Position numbers and translations under genes: made by a program. 64,000 nucleotides of DNA from positions 25,474,110-25,538,109 of the forward strand of contig JAHRHZ010000025.1 in assembly GCA_024137785.1 (NCBI GenBank), read 5' to 3'. How positions within the stretch are numbered: the stretch's first letter is position 1; each line of letters opens with the position of its first letter. Positions 27,716-40,800 of the stretch are shown here, in pieces. This stretch comes from Ginglymostoma cirratum (taxonomy: Eukaryota). The notes below the pieces were generated by a model. It saw only the letters and a list, made by a program, of their open reading frames with translations. It was not told the DNA's origin and did no database searches.

Positions 27716-28085
27716 AGAGGACTGGAAGGTCACTAAAAATTGAATACAAATCTTGTTCTACATTTTCTATCCAAGGTACATGCTTGGAACAAGCCTGGTT
27801 TGAGAAACAAAAGCACTTCTGTAGGGAAGGGTGGAGTAAACTATAGGAAACACAACACTTCATTTATCAGACTAAAAACAATTGCTTCATAGATTAGAAT
27901 GCTAGAGGAAACTTCTGCACTTATAAGATGCATAGAAATGAACTTTAGTTATGTTTTCTCTCATTTCAATATGATTACAAACTGCTGAAATCTATCAGGA
28001 TATTTTCTGGCACAATATACTTTTTATATCACAATATATCACCATAAAAAAGTGTAGCTAAAATATTTCCCTCATTAGGCTAGAT

Positions 28086-28843
28086 TCAGAAAGCCCCAAT
28101 CGCTGTTGTCCATGACCTCTGGGATTTGCGAGCGCTCAGGTTGCTTGTTTGACTAGAGGGATTGTGTCGGAAGTGTGATACAGATGGAAAAAGTCCTAAA
28201 GAGCCAGGGATAGATGCAGTTGGGTTTGTTGTATGAATGGTGCTGGTATTGGAAGCTGGTGACAGCAAGGGTGAACTAATTTGTGGAGATACAGCAACAC
28301 CAGTTAACATTTTGTTCGTTGAGCTTACATTGGACAGAACACCAGGAAATGTGCATGTCATGTTGGACAGCACTCTATGAATAGGTGACGCCAGGTTTGA
28401 CAAGAAATTAAGGCTAGATGATGTCATGTTTGGGAGAAGGTTGTGTGTGGGTGATATCACTGAGGATGTTATTTTGTCAAGAGGAATTCCTCTCAGAGAT
28501 GATGCGGAGCATGCTAGTGCAGAGCCAGTAAGGAAAGCTGGGTTCTGCAGAGTATCCCTGCATTGTAATTGTCCTCCTTCTGTTGTCTGTGGGAGTAAAG
28601 TAGTTAATTGGTGGTGTGGCCAAGTCCAGTTTCGATGGATCAAGGAAGCCGGTGCCAATGGTGCAGGCTCTATTTCAGACACATAGTTGTTGAGATGAGA
28701 TACCAGACGGTCTTTTAGTGGATCAGTATTGTCATGGCCTTGAAATCGTTCAAATGAGCTGAGATACCTTATGACTTCAGCAAGACATTCTCTGAATCCC
28801 ATACTTCTGTAATCCACAGCAAGCAAGTGAGGATCAAAATAGC
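28086..28843 (-). CDS. heyl: heyl coding exon 5: Orange domain, S/T/P-rich region and C-terminal [11 protein letters not shown]
   Basis: Acceptor tgttttgttgacAG at 28845-28844 inside ORF 28086..28895. Orange motif [18 protein letters not shown]...[11 protein letters not shown]; ends IGAF-TGA. Confidence 0.95.
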
Positions 28844-31800
28844 CTGTCAACAAAACAGCATAATGATAAGTACAGACTAGGCAAGGCTTGGTCACTGTCT
28901 AATGTTGTTACATTTTAATAAGCATTGTAGAGTGAGCATCTACAGCATTGATTACAATTGTTCTTCAATGACTATGCACTTTTATAAAACCCATAACGTA
29001 ATCATTTAAAAATAAATCTTTCTTCTGAAAGTTCATGTTTATCAATAGATGAAACATAAATCTAGGGAGGTAAGTTTGATAACAGGATAAATATGGACAG
29101 ACACCAGTTAGACAGCCTCATAAAATATAGCTTTATAAGACAGAGATCAGGTACAAATTTGAACTAAGGCGATTTGTTACAACTAAGGTTTAAATACTGC
29201 AAAAGACATTTAAAGGAAAAATTCAGACTTACCAATAAATCAAAAATACTATATATAAAAGTGAATCTGCTATAACTGAAAAAAAATACTAAAAAAGCTA
29301 GAGTGTAACTGTTTAATGTACTGAACTGGCAGTGATCTAGGAGTCACTTATAAACTAAGAACAAGGTCTGGATTTTACCTACAGCAGTGAAGTGATGTCA
29401 CTCACTGCTGACATTGCAGGAAGCTGCCTAGAAAGATCTCGTGATCTTTGTGGAGTGGATGTCACCATTACCAGTGCTAATTTCATTCTAGTATCAAGCA
29501 TAGCGTATCCAGTGATATCTGAAACCAGGCTATGCAGGTAATCACATTGAAGTATTCTCACAGACAGCAAACCACAAAATTTAAAAGCACTGATCATTCT
29601 TCTGTTGTTACTCAGACTGCAGCAAATGTAATAGTGATTGGCATGCGTAAACGGAATTAGAGCTTAAATTTCATTAACAATTTTTTAAACTATTAGTTTA
29701 AATATCTGTGGAATTTTAGATGTTCATGGAGAGACTTGACATTCCAGAAATATAATGTTAGGTTTTTAGTGCATATAAGTTGTTCAGCTATGATTAGGAC
29801 TTGGTGCATTGTTAAAAACCCAGTTACATGTTAGTCAACAAGCTGCATGTGAACTTGAAATGATGTAGTGAGCTAATAAGCCTGTTAGGTCTGAGAAATA
29901 AATATTGTTTGAACTGTGTAGATATTTATCTAAGTATTCAATCAATCAATTACATCTGGATTTAGATGTAAAATTATAATTGTCACAATGCACATTTTGA
30001 CCATTGTGACATACACTTAGCATAACCACTGCAGTTCAGGAAGTTAAACTTCAAATTCACAGCCCAAGGCTATCCCAAAAAGGTGATCAGTCAGTTAAAT
30101 CATGTTATTTTACTTTAGTTACAATAAATGGACACAATGTGCCAGGCATGATACAACAGACTGTGATGAGAGATTAAACCATTGGCTCCTTCCTAGAAGG
30201 TCATGATTTTAGCTCCTTGGTTCGCTTGTCACTGAACGTATATTTCAATGGAGGGCATTTTAACTAATCCTAAACCAAAACAACCAAAGCTGGACATTAT
30301 TTTAAGCTTTAATCTGCATTGACAAATTTTAGTCTTTGAAAAACATCCTCCAATTACAATTTTTTGATTTGAAACATTTGCCATATTAATGGGGTCCCTG
30401 AATGAGACTGGGGATTCATTACAGCTAAATGCCAAATTTGTATCCAATTTTCTGGCTTGGCTCGACAGCTGCTAGAAACTGGGTTCCAACCTGTCCAATC
30501 TCATTCCATGTCAAAGCCCTACAAGTGAGCAGGCTGGTAAACTAAACTGAATATAAGTGATAAGAGTGTTCTCACATAGGGACCATCCAGTTTCTTGCAC
30601 ACAAGATATAATCGTTCCAGAGACTAAGCACTGACATAATTAATTTATTATATTTCCTAGTGGAGTGAATGTTAAAAGTAAAGTACTGCTATGTTCTTGC
30701 AACCTTCTTTGCATCTATCAACCGAATTTTAAAAACAAATGACATGCTACTATTATGGAAGTATTTACTGCCTATATTTTCCATAGCTTTGTATTGACCT
30801 ACTAATGTATGACTGTACTCTGTACGAACACACCCTAGTCATAAAAGAGACTGGCATTGAAAGGTGAATGTTTGAACAAAATATTTCAAGACAACAGTGG
30901 CCTAGGTTAGTTTTACATTAAGGTTGACCATTGACTATAAATTAAATGACATTAAGATCTCCAATAAAATAATCCAAATCCATTAAACCTTTCAGTTTCA
31001 AACAACGCCATCTCCTATCTACCAACATCATCCCGCCCCCTTGACCTGTCCGTCCTCCCTGGACTGACCTATCTCCTCCCTACCCCCCCACCTACACTCA
31101 CCTTTACTGGCTCCATCCCCGCCTCTTTGACTTGTCTGCCTCCTCTCCACCTATCCTCTCCTCTATCCATCCTCTATCTGCCTCCCCCTCTCTCCCTATT
31201 TATTTCAGAACCCTCTTCCCCTCCCCCATTTCTGATGAAGGGTCGAGGCCCGAAACGTCAAGTTTTCCTGCTCCTATGATGCTGCTTGACCTGCTGTGTT
31301 CATCCAGCCCCATGCTTGTTATCTCGCATTCTCCAGCATCTGCAGTACCTTTTATCTCTGATACAAAATTATTCAGAATGGTCTCCTCTACAAATCTATA
31401 AATGTGTCATGCAAATTGGAACACAAGGATAGCAAGGAGCCATCTGTCTGTTAAGATTGCTCTGTCCTTTATTAACCATGGCATCTTCACCTTTTAAATC
31501 CCAAATCTGCTTCTTATTAGCGATAGGTCAGTGAGGTCAATACTGGGAGAAAGAAAATTTTTCAACACTTCCTACTCATCAACAGCAGCAAATTTTCTAG
31601 GTCAGATACATCAATGGCTAATTACTATGTAAATATTTCTCTTTTCCCAACCACTGATTTTGACCTGGATTGCAGCAGAACACTTCTTCCTCTTGCACAA
31701 ATACGATATGTTAACACCGATAGTAGATGACTATCTTTACAGTCTGTCCAAATCAGATTTGCCACTGAAGTTGGATTTGTACGACAGCTGTAGCAGTGAT

Positions 31801-34800
31801 GTAAAGCTCAAGAGTTTTGGGTCAAATCCATTCAGCACCCAACTGACTCCAGAGAAAAATGGATTTAAGCATGAACATCATGCCAGGTTGTTGAACTGTT
31901 AGGTGAAATTTCAAATGTGGATTTGCACTGCAAGTTTTGCATCACTGCAAAGCAAAACGACACTGCATGAACACCATTGATGTCATGTAAGTAGTAGCCT
32001 TAATTCCACCTTATTGCTAAATGAGAGATTGGTTTGCCCTGAATACATAATCATCAGGAACTGGTGGGAGATTTTCCTCTTTGAATAAAAGAGTTCAATT
32101 ACCCATTTTTTGTTGTTAATTTACACAACACTTCTTCATAATTTAACAATTGAAAATGTGATATTAATCTGATAAATCTGTGGTGTGCCCTCTCCAAGGT
32201 CAATATTTTTAGCTGTGGTTTGGTATCCAAAGCTAAACACAATATCTGAGATGGATTCTGTGTAAATGAAGCATTACTTATTCACTTATGGATACCAACA
32301 CCCTTGATAAAAAGACAGGCATTCCATTTGACATGTTACTTACATTTTGCAAGCAATTTAGAGAAGTATACATGAAGACATACTTTCCTTTTCCACAGTT
32401 CCTGATCTGTCATTATTAGGAAAATACATCAACCTTTTTTCAGATCTCCACTTTGAACTCCATCTGCCTTGGTTTTGCCTCCTCATTCTATGTTTCTTTG
32501 TAACTTCTTGTTTATCTACACAACTTGTGCTTCATAACAATGTCACCTGCAAACTTGGATATACAACTCTCTATTCCTTCATCTAAATCATTAATATACA
32601 TGGTGAAAAGCAGAAAACCAACACAGACCCACAAGATACATGTCACATCTTGACAAGAGAATAAGCCCTATAGCCTCTTGCCACTCTGTCTCCTACATTC
32701 CAATCATTTATTCTCTGATTTGTTTGATTTATTATTGTCACATATAAACTGAGAATGTTCAAATTCAGTGCATTCTATGAATCATTGATTATAGTGACAG
32801 TTTTTATTTCATTGGTAGTTCAAGTAGAGAGATGAACTTCAACTGTGACAGCTCACTGAAAGGGTTTCCCTACTCACTTCATATGTTCTGCAGCAGTTTA
32901 CAAATTGTTGACAAGATGCACCATTTCTAAGATATTATTTACTGCATTGCCTTTCAAAACTTGAAAGAATTTATAAAGTTGAATGGAAAATGAGCACAAA
33001 TTTTGTATTCTAATTGTAAATGTTACTAGCTGATCAAATTTTGGGGCTCTAGAAACATAAAAACATTGAATATATGTGTAAGACTAGGCCATTTAGCTCT
33101 TTGAGCCTGCATTGCCATTCAATATGACCATGGATTGATCTCACTTTCTCCTTTGGTTCCTTTAGTTAGAAAAACTAAACCTGACCCCTTCTTAAAAATA
33201 TTCAATGTTTTCGGTAACAGCAAATTTCACAGGCTCCCCACTTTCTGGGCGAAGAGATTTCTCCTCATCTCGGTCCTAAAAAAGTATATGCAAAATCCTT
33301 AGACTGTGACCCTTGGTTCCGGACTCCCCTGCCATTGAGAACAACCTTCTTGCATCTACCCTGTTGAATCCTGTTAGAATTTTATATGTTACTGTGAGAC
33401 TACTCCCTCATTTTTCTAAACTCTGATCTGGTTCTGTCACTATGTGGCCATGCACAGTAGAATGGAACTGGATTTTAAAAGTACATTAACAGTTGACTTT
33501 TCTTGTCAGAATTGGACAGTGAAGCTTTTCAATTAATCTAATTAATACCCAAATTTTCACTTTAATTATGGATAATCAGGGTATCAAAATTCAACATTTT
33601 TTTTAACACGTAGAACTCATCTTCTGATACAATGGGAGAGATTAAAGGTCAATATTAACTTATAGCATGAGTTTAGGATGGGGTCCAGATTTCAGTCACA
33701 CTTAAGATTCTTTAAATAATTTATTGAAAAAAAATATTTCTATGTAAAATATCGCCAACATCATGCGTATGTTTTCTGACAATTAATTATAATTTTGAGT
33801 TTTAATTAGTTAATGTTTTTAATTTTTAAAGTTAACAATTTTAGGCCACAATTTTGGATTTTAAAGTATTATATCTGCATTCAAAGGCATGGAAAATATT
33901 TTGAAAGCTTTAGAAATTCTATCAAATTAGAGTACCTTTTTGCTAAATCATTTCATTGCATTTTAATCCTTAGTTTGAGATTGTTTATTTATAGATTTCT
34001 TTCAAATTATTATTGAACCTTGACATAGATTTGAAACAAGATAACAAAACTGAAATGGGCATTAAATTATTGCGATTATGTCATGGCAATAATATCTTTG
34101 TGACACGCATACAAATTATTTATAGCTGAGTTTCCTTGGCAAAAGGTAGTGACTAGGTTATGAGGAGGTGGGGAGTGCGTGAGAAGGTTAGGAAGCTTTA
34201 AGGGTTACGACGAGATCACCAGGAGCACACCAACTCTAACTCCGATAGGTGATGCTTGCAATATGCAATTTATCCACTTGTGGTGCTGTAATCCTAGCCT
34301 CGCCTCTGGCCAATTCCCAGCTTTCGCCACAAGCCTCCACATTCCTGCAAACAGTTCCAACTTGCATGTAATGCGCAGTTTAAATGTGTTTTATTCAATT
34401 CCAAAAGGTTGTTAACCTTCTGGTCTGTACCTCTGTAGCTGCTGCTATTGAGACATACATGAACAGCAATTAGTCCTGTCCTTCTCTCCAAATCTGCTTC
34501 AAAAACCTGTTACAAAGTTACGTTCCCAGTCTTCCGCAGCACCGTGAATTATTCTTTATTGTCCTTGCTTTAAAGTTCCCATGAATTGTGTGCTGTTCAG
34601 AATAAATTGACAAATGGTCCTCCTTTAAAAGCTTACTTTGATCTCTAAAATGATTTTAATGACAAGTTTCTTTTGTCCTTCTTGGGAATTCACCTGGTTG
34701 TTTAACATCATCTGAACATGAAACATGAATTATGAGTAGAATTTGCACTCCTAGATTCCCACTGATGGACAAAAATATTTTGATTTTACCTTCAGTGATT

Positions 34801-37800
34801 TATTAATTCAGGTCTGCATGACTGGGCCAAAGACATATTCTAGATGTGACTGCAGGCGATTGGTCATCTTGTACCTCACTTCCATCACCAAACTGAAGCG
34901 AGCAGGTCAGCCTAACTTGTCATGGTGGCCAGGAAATTCTCAGATCAGCTTATGCTTCACGCTGGTTATTTTGCCAGAAGCTTAGTGGAAATCTGGTTCA
35001 AATGTGTAATGGAGTTTCTGTCAGGGGATCAAGAGAGGGGAGCATCCTTGACTAGTAGCAGGCATCTATGTGAATTGCTTAAAGGAATTGGGAGGTTTAA
35101 GATTCAACAAGGTGAATAGAAATAATTAATCACTTGGGTATCAATCACAATTGCATTTTGTAGAAGAGTGGCATGAGAAAAGGATGTTGGGGTCAACTAC
35201 ACTAAAGGCTCCAGATTTGTCAAGACGACGAGGGGGATAATTTGAAATTCTCTTTGTGATACAAACATAGAATAGCATTTATGACTTTAAAGGATTTCGT
35301 ACTCTTGATAGGAGATGGAAATCTGCATGAAGGGAATTGGACTTGGAAATCAGGGAAAGATGAGTATCAATTTGAAAGCCAAGAGCATGTCCAAGGGTGT
35401 AAATCTATAGCTTGAGCGATGGTCCCATTAATGAGTCCTCTTAGGAGACTCTCATAATTTACTGAACACTGAAGGTAAATTAGTTGTTTACTTGGTATCT
35501 GGAAGATATGCTCAAAATCTGCCACTGTAAGGAGAGTTTCTCCAATTGGTTAATTTGATTAATTGTGAATGATTTATTTTCCAACAGCTTGTATTATGTA
35601 AATTGGTTGCTGTGTTTGCCTGGGTAACAGTAATGACTACACTTCAAAAGTAATTCATAGATTATGAAATGCTTGGAAATGTCTTATGGTCAAGAATAGA
35701 GGTCTTGCGGTGCGGTGGGTCGTATTGCTGCTTCTGAGCCAGAAACCCCATGTTCCAGTATCAGTCAAAGTTTTGACAGCTGTGGAAGGTGCCAAAGTAG
35801 CCATGGGAACTGACATAAGCAGACAAAGCAAGTGCTTATGTACCACTAGGCACAAAAAAGAAAGATGAAGAAGATACGATCATGACATATTATATAAATG
35901 CAAGTTCCTTGTTTCTTTCATATGTAGGTGAAAGATACAGCTGAGGTGGTCATGCTTATGTAGGTTTCAATAAACCATTATGCAGAGAAAGACTGAGAAG
36001 GGAGTCTGTGCAATTTATTTCTTACATTCAAAGCTCTTTATCAAGGATACATAGTTCATGCTCTTTAAAGCACCGAGTTACACAAAACAATTAACAGAAG
36101 TCTGCCATTCTGTTTCAAATAATCTTGTTTGTTTGGTAGCTTTCAAACCAGTTTTTATATTCTGTATGTTATTTACCAGGCTGGATCCTGGCTGCAGCTT
36201 GGAGTCTCCTTGCTCAATTTGGTAGCACATATCAATTAAAATATGGTATGAGAACAAAGTGATGAAATAAATATTTCACTCATGTCCATTTCTTAATTAA
36301 CATTAGTAAGGACAGGTATTACATCCCGTTTTAACATCTCCAAAAACAGATTTACAAGGCTTAAACTGTTTCAATAAAGTTCCTCAAAGCTTTGATGTTA
36401 ATTTTAACATATAAAAACACTTCCTACATAATACTGTAAACTGATTTAAACACCTTGATAGTGCTGATATATTAAAGGAATGGTCATTTAAGATGAACAT
36501 AATATAGAGCACCAACCATCTCATTCTTACCTTTACCCCCTGTTGCATGCAGCAACTTTAGATGGTCCACAGTCATTTGTAGGATCTCAGCTTTCTCGAG
36601 CTTGGATGATCCCTAAAAAGCAGAATAGTGAAACTTCTTTTAAAATGAATAATAACCGTAGCATGCACAAAGTAATTAATGAGGAACATGTTTGACTACA
36701 CTGAATTACTGAATGAATGAGTCAATGCTATAAAATGTGAGCAAATGAATGAATCACTGAATTAAAGATTTACTACATGAAGCAGTAAGGAAGAACAAGA
36801 CCATGGAAAGCTTTGAAAACAAGGATGAGAATTTTAATATCAAGATATTGCTTAAGATGGAGACAGTGTAAATCAGAGAACAGAGGGTGAATAGTAAGAT
36901 GGACACAGGCCGTAGAGTTTTGGACGACCTCATATTTACAGAGGGTAGAAAGTGGGAGGTCAGTCAGGATTGTGTTGAGATCTTCCAAATCTGAGGTAAC
37001 AAACGTAGAGGGGATGGTTTAGGAAGAAGATGACCTGAGGCAAGCTTGGACTTGGCCAATGTTATGGAGGTGTAAATGGGAGGTCTTAGTCAAGAAGCAA
37101 ATACATGGTTGAATGTTTAGTGCATTGCAAATATGACTTCGAGATTGTGAGCGGCTTGGTTCAGTCTCAGACTGTTACAAAGACAAGGGACAAGAGTCAA
37201 CGGATAGGCAATGGAGTTTGTGGCAGAAGCTGAAGGCAGTGGCTTCAGGTTTTGTAACATTAAACTGGCGGAAATTCCTGCTTTTCCAGTACTAGATGTC
37301 CGACAATTTAAAGCCCAAACATATTGGAAGGTAATGGTGAGATACATGTCGAAACTATGGGTGGAATCTTATCAAGATCTGAACAACGTGGGCTATGGGA
37401 CAAATTGCGCAAGAAGGTGCTGTGAGGTCTCTGTTAACAGTGGGGCACGGCCTGCTGCATCTTTTATACAATTGCCAAGCGCGAGGCAAGATTCTCTCTG
37501 GGTAGTTTCAAGTTGTCTATATTCAGGGGATGCTTGCTTGAATCAACAACACATCTCACCTCTTTAATGTACAGCTTCCTATTTTACAAAATCCACCAAA
37601 TGAACATGTTGCTGAGAATTCTCAACATGGAAGTCTGAGCGATTTCAGCTCACTACCGGCTGTGAAGAGTCTCCATGTTGCTCAGCATGAAAATCTTCTC
37701 AGGGTATGATCCATGGACAGCAGCGCATGCACCCTTTGTACCAGTACATTGGCATGTGATCTTTGCCAACTGCTCACAGCACCTCTTCAATTCACCTGCA

Positions 37801-40800
37801 TTGCTGGGCGCACCAACAACTGACAGTGAAAGGCAGCTACAAGAATATCTTGTGAGCAGGGAACAGGCACCCAGCTCATGGATTGGAGCAGGCTGTATCT
37901 CAGGGCTGCTCATTTCCTGCTCACTTAGTGCCTAACTGTGTGCTTGCAGCATCCTTGCCATACTATGCTATTCCTGTTGGCATATTGGTGCATCAGCCAG
38001 ACCTTAAAGGTTGCTGGCACTACCATATTGATGTGCTTTTTAAAGCACAGACACACAGAAAAGTTGCTGGTCAGTAGGGATTTGTCTGGGGGTGCAGGGG
38101 CATGTTGCTATATAGCACACCAAGACCGGGGGCAAACTGCAGCCTCTATTCATTTTGTTTGTGCTCACTTTGCTGGCTCTAAGTAAAAGCTCATCTTTGG
38201 AATTATCAGATTGTTTGCCCGTAGGTGATATTCCCCTACTGGACAATGATAAGCAGTGGATATCCAGTGGGCATTGGGAACAGAGTAGCAGTGACTTAGT
38301 GAGGGTGCTTAGATGGGATGTAGCTTAGGACAGGTAAACGGTATGGCCTGTTGATTAAATAGCAAACAGGGTGAGAGATTAGAATTGTAAGGGTGAGAGT
38401 GTCAGCAATGCTGGCTGCTTGCAATGGACAATGTGGCTTTATGGCTGTTGTGCCATTACATTGCTGTTGAGATGCAATACTTGTCTGGGTGTGCAACTGC
38501 CTTTTAACGATGGTGTGGACATCAGGGATTGATGGCTATCTGCTGTATAGTGAGTTGTTTCGGGAGGTGTTAAGATGAGGCTAGAACCAGGGAAGAAGGT
38601 GTCACAGGGGCAGGGTAGGTCATTAATGACAAGGATATGGTGAACGATCTCTCTAGGTCTTGTGGTGAGAAACCCACCAAAAATCTTGATGCAACTGACA
38701 ACTGAGGAAAAGATAAGATTTGGCCCTATGTTTTTGTGTTTTCAAACTGTTCTTGTCACAGCATTGATTGGAAACCAACATTTTACCAGGTTCTTCAGGA
38801 GGAACAAATGAATGTTCACTGCCAATTTTTAAAATAATAGTAAAAATTGAAGAGAGATTTGGGGAATTCATTGGGAGAACGTAAGATACAAGAAACAAAG
38901 ACTGCTGCAAACTATGGAGCCAAAGGCTGAACTCAACATAAAAAGTTTACACCTTCATGCTTTAAAATCAAGGATTTATAGATTGTACAATAACCTTAAA
39001 GACTGAGTGAAAGCATTTGAATGGTAACTGATTCTGGTTCCCGATTCTGTAGGCAGTAGGATGTCTGCTTGGAAGGAAATAGACTGTAAAATGGTTTGAT
39101 TGGTTTTCAAAAACAGGACCTGAATGACTGAATAAAGAAAATCAGTTCAGAGACACTTTCATTGTTGTTACATTGTGTTCTTACATTTGTTCTTGTAGGG
39201 TTTCAGTACACTTGAGCTGGTCTGGTCAACTAAAAACTAGAAGATCAAAACTCAAGTTGTACTTGTCAGAGTCTTAGTAATGCAGCTTTATTACAAGTTC
39301 CATCTGACAGTTCACAATGGATCTGTCTGACTACTTTTAGAACATTGTGAAATGGCAGTCCCAAGCAATACTGTCATTGTCTAGCCAGAAGAAAGCACAA
39401 TACTATATAGTTAATTCTAGAAAGATATCCAGGATTCTAAATTAGCAAACATTATTATCCATAAAAGACAAGTTGGCACAGAACTGTAGAATCATACAGT
39501 GAAGAAAAGGCCCTTCAGCCCATCCAGTCCGCACTGATGTGTGAGAAACACTCGACCTTCAACCTAATCCTACTTACCAGCACTTGGCCCATAGCTCTGA
39601 ATGTTATAACTTGCCAAGTCTGTTCCAGGTGCTTTTTAAAGGAAGTGAGGCAACTTGCCCCTCCCACCCTCACCAGCAGCATATTCCAGACTGTCACCAC
39701 TTTCTAGGTAAAAAGGTTTTCCTCACTACAGCACCCCACCCCGCCCCCCAAACCTCCTGCCCTTCAACTTGATCCTGTGTCCTCTTGTATCTGACCCTTC
39801 AACTAAGGGGCACAGCTGCTCCTTATCCAATCTGTCCATGCCCCTCATAACCTCATACACCTCAATTAGATTGCCCCTCAATCTTCTCTGCTCCCACAAA
39901 AACAACACAAATCTATCTGTCCTTTCCTCATAACTTCAATTTTCAATTCCCAGGCAGCATCCTGGTGAATCTCAGTGCAATCACATTCTTCCTGGAATAT
40001 GGCTGCTGTTTACCAACATAGATTGCTTAGAACCTTTTCATTTCAAAAGTTTGGAAAGTTCACTTTGGATTGATTCAGTTATATTGTTGCATATATGAAA
40101 CCATCTCCTCAATATGTCTCACACTGAAACTGAAAGCTGAACTGATGTCATTGTGAAACGGCATTATATTTATCCCAGTAACACAATATGCTGCCTGCTA
40201 GATATTGTGTTGAGGAGAGCTTTTACTTTCAACTATCTTTCCTGGTGGGGTGATGGAAGGAAGGGGGAGGGTTGAACGGATGTACAGTCAGTTGGTAGAA
40301 ATATTGTTGAACATTACTCAAATAGTTTTGATACCCGTTACTGGTCTTTGTTGACAGGTTCTGGTGATGCGAGACAAAGGATTTTTTAATTGTAAAGTGC
40401 CGCACAATAATCAGGTTTAGCACCTTGTACATGATATGAAGCAATTATAATTATCAAGGCTCCTCGAAGAAATAATAAAACAAAGTAGTTTTATCCATCT
40501 ATCAGCTTTCACCGAGTTTTACTGCACTCATACAATTTTGTGCAGGGATAAACAACTTCATCTGAGACTGAAACTCTGATCAATTTAAACTCACTAAGTA
40601 CCTGTTTTTCAAAAGCTGTTGGAACCAAACGACGCAGTTCAGACAAACTGTTATTAATTCTGTCCCGTCTTCTTTTTTCAATAATCTGTAAGAGGAATGT
40701 TGAAATACCTTTTAAAATAAAATCTCGTCACGCATTTGCCTGTCAAAAATGATCAGTTCGCCACTTACCCCGCGCCTCTTCTTCCGTGCCAGAATGTGAG

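Noticed and set aside
28844-28895. N-terminal 17 aa ([17 protein letters not shown]) of the 269-aa ORF
   Set aside because: Intronic read-through upstream of the exon-5 acceptor at 28845-28844; the start is a GTG and not the real initiation site.
31660-31902. 80-aa protein-like ORF in heyl intron 4 (possible nested gene or cassette exon)
   Set aside because: TTG start, no homology I recognise, and the two minus-strand frames I translated contain stops.
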